Shown: positions 28,482-36,399, counted from the stretch's first letter. The stretch: DNA of 64,000 nucleotides from a virus (IMGVR_UViG_3300042691_049879:4801-68800), one strand, 5' to 3'. Made by a program: numbers and translations. Notes: generated by a model not told the origin, from the letters alone.

Positions 28482-29337
28482 AGATTTATTTATAAATTTA
28501 TTTTTAAAAATTAGACTTTGGTATTTTGTTAAATTTAAGCCAAATAAATTTAACAATGTAATAAACAGCATAGAAAAAAATGGCTGGGAACTTACATTCA
28601 ATGATGAATTTGATAAAGGCGAATTGGACAGAACAAAATGGAGAACTGATAATTATTTTGGTCTTAGATATCACCCAGGTAACATAACAGAAAAAGGTAT
28701 AGCTCCAGATGTATATTTTGACGATGACTGTTTTGAATTTACAGATACAACAATGAAACAAATTGCAAAGAATGAACCTATTGATGTTAATTACATTGAT
28801 TGGAATGGTCGTGATTGGGGTAAATACACAATACCATATAGAGTTGCAATGATTGATAGTTCAAACAGTTTTTCTCAGAAATATGGTTATTTTGAAATTA
28901 GAAGTAAAGTAACGCCAGAACCTGGTAGTTGGCCAGCATTTTGGATGGTTTCTACAGATTTTTATCCTCCAGAAATTGACATATACGAAATATATACAGG
29001 AAGGAAGGGTGCGGCAAATTCTTTTACTTCAACTTTTCACTGGAAGGAGAGGCCTATAGAAGAATTGAAAAAGAAAATGAAAGCTTCAAGACATTGGACT
29101 ATGGATAATGCTAAAGATTTTCATTTATACGCTTTTGAATGGGACAATAAAAGTTTTAAAATTTACTATGATAATATTCTTGTTAGAATTTATTCTAATC
29201 CAGAAGCTGTTAAATTTTTTAATTTCCCAATGCACATTATAATTAATAATTCAATACACATTGAACAAGGGCCAGAAAATGCTAAATATCCAAATTATCA
29301 TGAAGTTGATTATGTTAGAGCCTATAAAAAGAAATAA
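28468..29337 (+). CDS. Glycoside hydrolase family 16
   Basis: WELTFNDEF, YGYFEIR, WPAFW, PEIDIYE catalytic motif, FHLYAFEW, VDYVRAY. Confidence 0.88.
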   Translation: MWRVKDLFINLFLKIRLWYFVKFKPNKFNNVINSIEKNGWELTFNDEFDKGELDRTKWRTDNYFGLRYHPGNITEKGIAPDVYFDDDCFEFTDTTMKQIAKNEPIDVNYIDWNGRDWGKYTIPYRVAMIDSSNSFSQKYGYFEIRSKVTPEPGSWPAFWMVSTDFYPPEIDIYEIYTGRKGAANSFTSTFHWKERPIEELKKKMKASRHWTMDNAKDFHLYAFEWDNKSFKIYYDNILVRIYSNPEAVKFFNFPMHIIINNSIHIEQGPENAKYPNYHEVDYVRAYKKK

Positions 29338-29387
29338 TTTAAAAAAAATAAATAATATTTATATAAAAATACAAAATATAACTAATC

Positions 29388-31223
29388 ATGAAAATAACTA
29401 AATCTCAATTAAAACAAATAATAAAAGAAGAAGCTTCAAGATTTGTTCACATACAAACACTAAAAGAAAGAAGAGAGGAAATAATTAAAGAACTTAATTT
29501 ATTAAATGAGTCTGATGAACTATTAGAAGAAGGATTAAAAGGATGGATTACTGCTGGACTTTTGTCTTTGGCAGCAATAGGAGGAGGGGCAAAAGTTTAT
29601 CAATTAGAAAAAGAACATGCTAAAAATGAAAAAATAGAACAAAAATATTACAATGATTTTTTATCGGAAGCACTTCAGAAAATGTCTAAAAGTGAATTAG
29701 AAGATTTAGGTATTGACATAAATGGTAAAACAAATTATTTATACGTTTCTGGCAATGACAGTCAAGAAGAATTACAATCAATATTTTCAAATTATGCCAG
29801 AAATTATATTATGTCAAACCCAAAAGAATTTGGATTAGATTCATCTACTGGCAAAATTAAATGGTTAAATCAAGACAATTATACAATAAAAGAAAATGAA
29901 CAAATGCCTTCAGGATTTGTTCACATACAAACACTAAAAGAAAGAAGAGAGCAAATAATAAGAAAAATTAATTTACTAAATGAAGAAGAAGTGGGAAATA
30001 AATCTTTATTGGAGCAAATAAAAGACTTACTTAAAGCTAATAAATTTTTGGCAGATAAAGCTGACTTTATAACTGAAGAAATGGTAAAAGATGAAGGTAA
30101 TTCTATATATTTACAATTTCCAAATGAACTAGACTCTCCTCATATAAAAAAACATTTTGATAAATCAGGTCCTGCATCAGCTTGGTCAATAAGTAAAGAA
30201 TCTGTAAGTGATTTGATTTTAAAAACAATAAAAACAAAACCAACAAAGTCCGTTCAAGAAGGGCCAACATTTAAATATAAATGGCTTAATGTAAATTCTG
30301 GTAAAAATATAGGATTTGATTCTTTGAAAAAAGTTAGCGAAAAAGTAGAGCAAGTTGTTGACTTAGAACCGTTTGGAATGGTTGATAGAGTTAAAGATTG
30401 GAATCAAATAAGTAAAGTTGTAAGTGATAACAATTATGAGCTAGTAACAAAAAACGAACAACCATATACTGAAGAAGATTTAAATAATAATGAACCTGCT
30501 TTTATAAAACAAAATATAGGAGTTATTTATGGTGATAAAACAGAAAATCCAACAAGTATTTTTAATTTAATTTTAGCTAAAATTGGTGAGGTTAACAATA
30601 AACCAGTACTAACTTTAATGACCGTATTTCCTGGAATTAATCCTGTTGATAACTCTGGTAATGATATTACCAATAAAAAAGATTTAATAAAACATGGATA
30701 TGCTTTAATCAAATCAAAGTCAATAAATGAATCAATAAGAAAAATTGTTAGAGAAGGATTTTTAAATCTTTTAAAAGAAAATATTTATGATAATATTGAA
30801 AACATTTCTGATAAACATTGTGGTGGCGAATTTAATTGGTGGAACCTTATGGAAGATATTAAATTAGCATTAAAAGGACATTTTGAAAACTATTCTATAA
30901 CTGAACTACCTGATACTGATGATTCATGCGGCTTTAAAATAACTAAAGATGACCGTTCAGTTCCTTTATATATTAAATATGATGATGATAGAGGTGAAAA
31001 TATAATTAAAATTATATGTAAAGATTCTAATGGAACTTATGAATATGAAATGCTTTCTTGGGAAAATACTGGCGGAGAATCTAGAGGATTTGACTCATTC
31101 GGACATGAAAGTTCATCATATCAAGAAGAAGGTGTTGAATGTGATGTTAAAAAAAGTAATATTCAAGAAGCTATAACTGAAATTGAAGAATATTTAAATA
31201 AAAAATACGATAGTATAAAATAA
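29388..31223 (+). CDS. Modular probable virion-packaged protein
   Basis: MKITKSQLKQIIKEE tag; FVHIQTLKERRE.II...NLLNE occurs twice; TATTTAT at 29356. Confidence 0.65.
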   Translation: MKITKSQLKQIIKEEASRFVHIQTLKERREEIIKELNLLNESDELLEEGLKGWITAGLLSLAAIGGGAKVYQLEKEHAKNEKIEQKYYNDFLSEALQKMSKSELEDLGIDINGKTNYLYVSGNDSQEELQSIFSNYARNYIMSNPKEFGLDSSTGKIKWLNQDNYTIKENEQMPSGFVHIQTLKERREQIIRKINLLNEEEVGNKSLLEQIKDLLKANKFLADKADFITEEMVKDEGNSIYLQFPNELDSPHIKKHFDKSGPASAWSISKESVSDLILKTIKTKPTKSVQEGPTFKYKWLNVNSGKNIGFDSLKKVSEKVEQVVDLEPFGMVDRVKDWNQISKVVSDNNYELVTKNEQPYTEEDLNNNEPAFIKQNIGVIYGDKTENPTSIFNLILAKIGEVNNKPVLTLMTVFPGINPVDNSGNDITNKKDLIKHGYALIKSKSINESIRKIVREGFLNLLKENIYDNIENISDKHCGGEFNWWNLMEDIKLALKGHFENYSITELPDTDDSCGFKITKDDRSVPLYIKYDDDRGENIIKIICKDSNGTYEYEMLSWENTGGESRGFDSFGHESSSYQEEGVECDVKKSNIQEAITEIEEYLNKKYDSIK

Positions 31224-31242
31224 AATTAATAATAATCAATTT

Positions 31243-31284
31243 AAAAAGCCCACTAAAAAAGCCCACTAAAAAAGTGGGCTTTTT
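31243..31284. terminator. Bidirectional terminator with duplicated arm
   Basis: gcccactaaaaaa twice, then gtgggcttttt. Confidence 0.75.
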
Positions 31285-31286
31285 AT

Positions 31287-31793
31287 TTAATTAACAATTC
31301 CAACATAAACTTTCCAGGAATCATGAAAAGAGTTTAATCTTTCTATGTATGACAAATAATTAGGCCTAAAAGGTTTATGATGCATTGTCAAATTGTATTC
31401 CTTTAAAAAATCATCTACTAATAAATCTCCTTTTTTAACATTACATTTTCCGCAACAAGTAACAAGATTATTCCAAGTATTTTGTCCTCCTTTTGACCTT
31501 GGATGAACATGGTCTATAGTTAATTTTTCGCTAGAACGACAATATATGCATTTAAAATCATCTCTTCTAAAAACATTTTCTCTTGTTAAGTTAACCTTTC
31601 TAAATGGAACTGAAACATATCTTAATAAACGTATAACTGTAGGTCTTTGGTATTTTGTTGTTGAAGTAACTATTGGTCTATCAGGTATATGTTCTACTAC
31701 TTCAGCCTTACCTTTAAAGACCAATTTAAAACCTCTTGACAATGTTGTTACATTTATAGGTTCATAAGCACTATTTAAAACTAATACCTTCAT
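31287..31793 (-). CDS. HNH endonuclease (McrA-like)
   Basis: VLVLN.AYEPI, RD...CIYC, TIDHVHPRSKGG..TW.NLVTCCGKCN..K. Confidence 0.9.
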   Translation of the reverse strand: MKVLVLNSAYEPINVTTLSRGFKLVFKGKAEVVEHIPDRPIVTSTTKYQRPTVIRLLRYVSVPFRKVNLTRENVFRRDDFKCIYCRSSEKLTIDHVHPRSKGGQNTWNNLVTCCGKCNVKKGDLLVDDFLKEYNLTMHHKPFRPNYLSYIERLNSFHDSWKVYVGIVN

Positions 31794-31872
31794 ATAATTT
31801 ATTTTATAATTATAAATAATTATTTTTTTTTATTTAAAAACTATTCAATTTATTATTTTTTTTATTTTAAAG

Positions 31873-31956
31873 TAGCGGAGGTCGGACTCGAACCGACGGG
31901 GTCTTTCGACACAAGGTTATGAGCCTTGCCAGCTACCAACTACTTACTACTCCGCA
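31873..31956 (-). tRNA. tRNA-Met(CAU), initiator-like, with long variable arm
   Basis: 1:72 mismatch, CAAGG-CUCAUAA-CCUUG, extra GUC-GAAA-GAC arm. Confidence 0.75.
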
Positions 31957-31964
31957 ATATATTG

Positions 31965-32038
31965 TAGCGAGAGACAGAATCGAACTGTCGACCTTGGGGT
32001 TATGACTCCCACGCTCTAGCCAACTGAGCTATCTCGCC
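31965..32038 (-). tRNA. tRNA-Met(CAU), elongator
   Basis: GGCGAGA acceptor; loop GUCAUAA. Confidence 0.82.
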
Positions 32039-32215
32039 ATAAATTAAAGCCTACATTAAGTAAGCTTTAATTTTTTTAAGAAGGATTTAATTTTTTTTAT
32101 TCTTCTTATTTTTCTGATTTTATTTGCTCGTTCAAAAATTAAACGAACTTTTTTATCAATCTTTCCTTCTCTCTCTGACACACTTAACACTTCTCTCATA
32201 TCTATTTGTTTTTAT

Positions 32216-32548
32216 TTATTCTTTTTTATCTGGAAGCTTTGAATCCAATTCATTTATTAACCAATATGGACTTCCACCTTCTACTTAATGTATTTCGTTG
32301 AAACCATTTTCTTTAGTAATTAAAGACTCTTCTTCAGTTATTGAGCCAGAATGTTTTCCTGCACCTTTTTTATTTTCAATATTACCAGTACTAGGATTAT
32401 AACTGCCCCAATCAGCCATTCTATCATTTCCTATTGTTTCAATAAAATATTTTTTACCAGTTCTATAAGAAACAACAATCTCTCTTCCAGTTTCATCTCT
32501 ATTAATCAAAAAGTTTTTTAATACTTCTTCTTTTATATTTCTTTTCAT
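32216..32548 (-). pseudogene. Phage hypothetical protein interrupted by an in-frame TAA
   Basis: Frame continues after ...NEIH* as VEGGSPYWLINELDSKLPDKKE*. Confidence 0.45.
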
Positions 32549-32559
32549 TTTAAGTCATT

Positions 32560-32751
32560 TTAAAGTTCAAACGAGTGTGATTTGCCACACTCGTTACACT
32601 TTACGTCAATGTAAGTGTAAGACCAGTCTTCGTAATAATTACCTTGACTGATATATGGATTTTGAATTTCTTGTCTTATTTTTTTATTTTCTGTTGGACA
32701 AGTAAACTCAATTTCAATCACATGTCTAATTGTCGTACATCCTTTTAACAT
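32560..32751 (-). CDS. Small Zn-ribbon protein
   Basis: CPTE...CNECG; ATG at 32751 (the track start overlaps tRNA-Gly). Confidence 0.6.
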   Translation of the reverse strand: MLKGCTTIRHVIEIEFTCPTENKKIRQEIQNPYISQGNYYEDWSYTYIDVKCNECGKSHSFEL

Positions 32752-32772
32752 GACTTTTAATTTTAGTTTTTG

Positions 32773-32846
32773 AGCAAGAGATGGGATTCCAACCCACGAC
32801 CCCAACCTTGGCAAGGTTGTGCTCTAAGCAGCTGAGCTACTCTTGC
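32773..32846 (-). tRNA. tRNA-Gly(GCC)
   Basis: CAACC-UUGCCAA-GGUUG. Confidence 0.9.
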
Positions 32847-32855
32847 TTATTGTTG

Positions 32856-32929
32856 CTCTCCCGCCTGGGCTCGAACCAGGGACCCTCTGATTAACAGTCA
32901 GATGCTCTAACCAACTGAGCTACAGGAGA
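32856..32929 (-). tRNA. tRNA-Asn(GUU)
   Basis: UCUGA-CUGUUAA-UCAGA, G73. Confidence 0.93.
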
Positions 32930-32947
32930 TTGTATTTACATTATTTG

Positions 32948-33023
32948 CGGTCCCACACGGATTCGAACCGAGCTGAAATCCTCCGTGACAGGGAGGTGGC
33001 CACACCAAGCAGCCCCTGAGACC
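32948..33023 (-). tRNA. tRNA-Asp(GUC)
   Basis: CCUCC-CUGUCAC-GGAGG, G73. Confidence 0.88.
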
Positions 33024-33042
33024 TTTTTTTTTACAAAAAGTG

Positions 33043-33116
33043 GGTGAATAGTCGGAATCGAACCGACGACACAAGGAACCACAATCCTATGCTCTGCCTA
33101 CTGAGCTATATCCACC
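33043..33116 (-). tRNA. tRNA-His(GUG) with G-1
   Basis: Loop UUGUGGU; G-1:C73. Confidence 0.9.
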
Positions 33117-33164
33117 ATATTAAAACTTACTTTTTTCACATTAATCGGAATTTAGATTGTGCTT

Positions 33165-33239
33165 TTTACCTTGTTGGAGTCGAACCAACATTCTCTCGGC
33201 TAACCGCCGAGCGCCCTACCAATTTACTACCAAAGGTAA
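33165..33239 (-). tRNA. Atypical tRNA-like RNA, GUU anticodon with G33
   Basis: UUACCUU/AAGGUAA acceptor, CUCGG-CGGUUAG-CCGAG, perfect T-arm, unpaired D-arm. Confidence 0.55.
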
Positions 33240-33281
33240 GTAAGTTTTTTATTTTAAATTCAAAGAACGTTTTCTTTTTTG

Positions 33282-33355
33282 TTCCCCCGACAAGATTCGA
33301 ACTTGTGGCCCTTCCATTAAAAGTGGAATGCTCTAACCTGCTGAGCTACGAGGGA
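33282..33355 (-). tRNA. tRNA-Lys(UUU)
   Basis: UUCCA-CUUUUAA-UGGAA. Confidence 0.88.
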
Positions 33356-33363
33356 ATAATTTG

Positions 33364-33436
33364 TGCGCCCAGCAAGATTCGAACTTGCGACCCCCGCATT
33401 AAAAGTGCGGTGCTCTACCAACTAAGCTATGAGCGC
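33364..33436 (-). tRNA. tRNA-Lys(UUU), second divergent copy
   Basis: CCGCA-CUUUUAA-UGCGG. Confidence 0.9.
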
Positions 33437-33493
33437 ATTTTGATTTGGGATTCGCTCACACTTATTAGTAGAGTGAATCCCTAAAGTTTATAT

Positions 33494-33748
33494 TTAAATT
33501 TCTTTTTCATTTTCTTCAATTTCTTTTAATACTTCTTTTAAAGCTTCTCTTTTAATTTTATTTCTTTCTTTTCTGTATTTGTAATATGAACACATTTCAC
33601 AACTACATGGTGTCGATGTAGATTTCATCCAATAATAAAATTCTCCATCATTAAAAAATTGTTTAACTCTCTTTTTAACTTTTTTAGCTAAATCTTTCCT
33701 TCTTTTTGCTCTTTTGTAATTTTTCATTTTTACCTCAGTTTTTGCCAA
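33494..33748 (-). CDS. Small basic protein (PCSCEMC motif)
   Basis: TSTPCSCEMCS; true start uncertain. Confidence 0.6.
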   Translation of the reverse strand: MAKTEVKMKNYKRAKRRKDLAKKVKKRVKQFFNDGEFYYWMKSTSTPCSCEMCSYYKYRKERNKIKREALKEVLKEIEENEKEI

Positions 33749-33810
33749 TTACTCTTGAGCCAAGTAACTAGCTTGTTATATGAGGTATCTAATTCTACAA
33801 TTTTTCATTT

Positions 33811-34023
33811 TTATATTTTTAAAGTCACTAACACATAAGCATTTACATACTTACCGTCATTTATAAATTTTAGTTCATTATAAACATATCCTTTTTTAAC
33901 AGCCATTTTTTCAAGTTCATCATAATAATCATCGAAGAACTCTTCAAAATCTTGTTTTTTTATTTTCTTTAGAAATATCAAACGTTCTTCGTCTGGTATT
34001 TCATTTATTTTTACTTTAGGCAT
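33811..34023 (-). CDS. Hypothetical protein
   Basis: ORF within tRNA operon 2. Confidence 0.55.
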   Translation of the reverse strand: MPKVKINEIPDEERLIFLKKIKKQDFEEFFDDYYDELEKMAVKKGYVYNELKFINDGKYVNAYVLVTLKI

Positions 34024-34048
34024 AATATTACCTTTTAGTTTTTAAGTG

Positions 34049-34137
34049 CGGAGAAGAGAGGATTCGAACCTCCGATACCAGTTTCCCAGTATGCCTTCTT
34101 AGCAGGAAGGTGCTTTTAGCCACTCAGCCACTTCTCC
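34049..34137 (-). tRNA. tRNA-Ser(GCU)
   Basis: Loop CUGCUAA, long variable arm. Confidence 0.92.
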
Positions 34138-34213
34138 AAAACGCTACCCCGTAAGTAGCGAGGGCAATGTACGGCCTTGCCAAGCCAGAGTATTTACCCT
34201 TTGGGTAAACCAG

Positions 34214-34302
34214 AGGAGAGAGAGGGATTCGAACCCCCGTTACCTTTTACGGTAAGTCTGTTTTCAAGACAGGTGCAATAAGCCAGACTCTGCCATCTCT
34301 CC
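34214..34302 (-). tRNA. tRNA-Ser(UGA)
   Basis: Loop CUUGAAA, long variable arm. Confidence 0.9.
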
Positions 34303-34317
34303 ATTATTCAAAGAACT

Positions 34318-34824
34318 TTAAATTTCAACTTTCCACATAGGGACAAATCCTGCATATCTATCATTTACAACATCTTCCCAGTGGTCTAGCCAACCATCCA
34401 TTCCAAATTGTTGTTGACCTGGAGCTAAGAACATATCTTTTTCTTTAACCCATTTAGCTTGTCCACTAAATCTTGCAACTCTCTTTGCCTCTTCATTGCA
34501 ATCATACCAAGCTCCATCTTCAAGTTGTTCTTTTGGAATAGCTATTTTTAATAAATCTAAATCTCTTTTTCTATTATGTTCAACTATTTGAACAGCTTTT
34601 TCCCAAAGTTCAGCTCCAGTAATATTTTTCCTAATTGTTTCAATTTTTTTTAAAACCTCGTTTGGTTTTTCTCCTTTATCTATTAATTCTTTTATTTTGT
34701 TGTTCCAAGTTTCTTCATTATCCATTTCTACAAACTTTTCAACTTTCTTGTTGGCATAATATTCACCATAATTTGCGTTTATAAGTCTATCGTACCATTC
34801 TTTATATTTTCCTTTAAATTCCAT
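34318..34824 (-). CDS. Hypothetical protein, first gene after attenuator 2
   Basis: 168 aa ORF starting 16 nt after the terminator U-tract. Confidence 0.65.
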   Translation of the reverse strand: MEFKGKYKEWYDRLINANYGEYYANKKVEKFVEMDNEETWNNKIKELIDKGEKPNEVLKKIETIRKNITGAELWEKAVQIVEHNRKRDLDLLKIAIPKEQLEDGAWYDCNEEAKRVARFSGQAKWVKEKDMFLAPGQQQFGMDGWLDHWEDVVNDRYAGFVPMWKVEI

Positions 34825-34839
34825 AACTCAATTTTTTTC

Positions 34840-34925
34840 AAAAAAAAACCCGAACTTTTTCGGTTCGGGTGTCTTATTTCTTTTCAGTTATATTATTAAC
34901 TTTTAAAAGTTGCTAAAGCACACCC
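34840..34925 (-). promoter_or_regulatory. Attenuator 2 before tRNA operon 2
   Basis: Terminator CCCGAAC/GUUCGGG-U9 (34840-34869); GGGUGU(G)CUU can pair with AAGACACCC. Confidence 0.75.
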
Positions 34926-35025
34926 TTATAAACCCTGATTTGTTATCATCATGATTCTTCTTTACATTCCCACTCATTTTCGAAGTGGAAACCAAAGTTG
35001 CGATATGTGTACTTGTAAGTTGCAA
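34903..35025 (-). CDS. Leader peptide 2 (MQLTSTHIATLVSTSKMSGNVKKNHDDNKSGFIRVCFSNF; TTG start, or ATG at 34977)
   Basis: ORF between the TACATTTG promoter (35080-35087) and the terminator; S/K/M/G/N/H/D-rich core. Confidence 0.72.
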   Translation of the reverse strand: MQLTSTHIATLVSTSKMSGNVKKNHDDNKSGFIRVCFSNF

Positions 35026-35257
35026 AATTTTATTTTTTATAATTGTTAATAAATATATCTGTTTTTTTAAAACCCGATACAAATGTAAAACTTTTTTTTT
35101 AATTTACAATAATTATAACGACTTTTTTTTAAAAAAATTACAAAAAAAATTAAAAAAAAACTATAAGTTATTGATTTACAGTATTTTATAATAATTATTT
35201 TTTTTGTATAAATTCATAATTTAAAAGCATTTAAAAAAAAAGTTAATATTTATTATT

Positions 35258-35758
35258 ATGGAAAAAGAAAATTTAAGACATTTAATAAGACAAATTATAA
35301 AGGAGTCTTTCAATAATGTAGAAGAAGGTTCTGGAAGTCATTCTGACGCTAAAGAGATGAGAAAAACTCTTAAATGGATTAGTAAAAATCTTGAAGGAAT
35401 AAAAATAGAAGAAGTTGGAGACGGCCATAGAATTTGTCCACCAATAGACAAATCAGATGAATGTTATACTGTGCACAGAGGGGGAAAAGGAATATATGAT
35501 TTATATAGATTTTTAGCAAAAGCATATAATGTAAATAAGCATGATATAGAATACGCAGTTAGCTCAAATAGACCATTAAATTTAACGTCTGTTAATCCTG
35601 AAGAATTAGCAATTATGAAAAAAGTTAATTTGTCTGGGAAGGATTGGTATATAGATGAAAAGGAACAAAGATTAATAATGGTGAAAAATTTAAATAAAAT
35701 TAAAAATTTTGATGATTTAGATTTTGATGAATACGAAAAAGTAATTGAAGCATTATAA
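35258..35758 (+). CDS. Hypothetical protein with LRHLIRQIIKES tag
   Basis: TATTTAT at 35247. Confidence 0.65.
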   Translation: MEKENLRHLIRQIIKESFNNVEEGSGSHSDAKEMRKTLKWISKNLEGIKIEEVGDGHRICPPIDKSDECYTVHRGGKGIYDLYRFLAKAYNVNKHDIEYAVSSNRPLNLTSVNPEELAIMKKVNLSGKDWYIDEKEQRLIMVKNLNKIKNFDDLDFDEYEKVIEAL

Positions 35759-35792
35759 AAAATGCCCGAATTACTTCGGGCATTTTCTTTTT
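35757..35792. terminator. Bidirectional terminator
   Basis: aaaatgcccgaa-ttac-ttcgggcatttt. Confidence 0.8.
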
Positions 35793-35793
35793 A

Positions 35794-35882
35794 GAGATTA
35801 TTCGAACTTCTCAAAAACCTTACCTAAAATAACATTTAATACTGTGAGGATTATTCGAACTTCCTCAAAACCTTACCTAGAA
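35794..35882 (-). repeat. Two ~36-nt direct repeats, each with a T-loop-like hairpin
   Basis: gagattattcgaacttctcaaaaaccttacctaaaa / gaggattattcgaacttcctcaaaaccttacctagaa. Confidence 0.75.
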
Positions 35883-35891
35883 ACTGATGTG

Positions 35892-35965
35892 TGGTCCCAG
35901 CAGGGCTTGAACCTGCGACCCCCTGATTATGAGTCAGGTGCTCTGACCAGCTGAGCTATAGGACC
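35892..35965 (-). tRNA. tRNA(CAU), probably Ile2 (lysidine-modified, reads AUA)
   Basis: GGUCCUA acceptor, CCUGA-CUCAUAA-UCAGG, Ile2-like body. Confidence 0.8.
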
Positions 35966-35970
35966 AAAAA

Positions 35971-36155
35971 TGGCTATCTGTTGATGCAAACAATTTACCT
36001 TGACTAGTATTTGGTAAACCCGTTAAGTCTATCATCTTTTATCTATATTCTACCCTATGTATAGGGGTGACATTAACAGAAACTCCTCACACTAGATATC
36101 CTCACACGGATTTGTGCCCTGGTAGAGCTAGTGATATGTTTGGAGCTTATCGCCA
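35971..36155 (-). ncRNA. Unidentified structured RNA (~185 nt)
   Basis: End pairing UGGCGAU/AUAGCCA; stems CAAACA/UGUUUG, CACUAG/CUAGUG, CCCUAU/AUAGGG, UUUACC/GGUAAA. Confidence 0.55.
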
Positions 36156-36180
36156 ATTTTTCAAAAAACTTTTTTTAAAA

Positions 36181-36309
36181 TGATATATAGACGTGCAAGG
36201 TAATGGTTTGCAGCCCGTATTAACACGTAACTTTTCTCTGATGAGTGTGTATCTGCAAAGCTACACAACTGCCTCCATACGAATCAGAAATAAGCGACTC
36301 TATATATCA
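36181..36309 (-). ncRNA. Unidentified structured RNA (~130 nt) with potential pseudoknot
   Basis: 11-bp closing stem UGAUAUAUAGA/UCUAUAUAUCA; loop UUUGCAG complementary to CUGCAAA. Confidence 0.55.
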
Positions 36310-36315
36310 TTCTTG

Positions 36316-36399
36316 TGGTATAGGGTGGAATCGAACCACCGACAAGTCAGACGTACATTACTGCCCTTGCCCCAGGTTTGCTAGCTATTTTACTATACC
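36316..36399 (-). ncRNA. tRNA-like RNA with expanded anticodon region
   Basis: GGUAUAG/CUAUACC-A acceptor, GGUGG-UUCGAUU-CCACC T-arm, 19-nt loop in the anticodon arm. Confidence 0.6.

Noticed and set aside
33044-33484. 146-aa plus-strand ORF (also 23774-23956, 35745-35954, 36193-36514)
   Set aside because: Antisense shadows of tRNA/ncRNA genes.
34141-34213. tRNA-associated HDV-like (theta) ribozyme after tRNA-Ser
   Set aside because: I could not build the nested double pseudoknot by eye; kept only as an unexplained structured spacer.
34985-35191. 68-aa plus-strand ORF
   Set aside because: Low-complexity intergenic frame antisense to leader 2 and its promoter.
36236-36300. Hammerhead ribozyme (CTGATGAG on plus strand)
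   Set aside because: No GAAA directly after stem II and the wrong strand relative to the operon.
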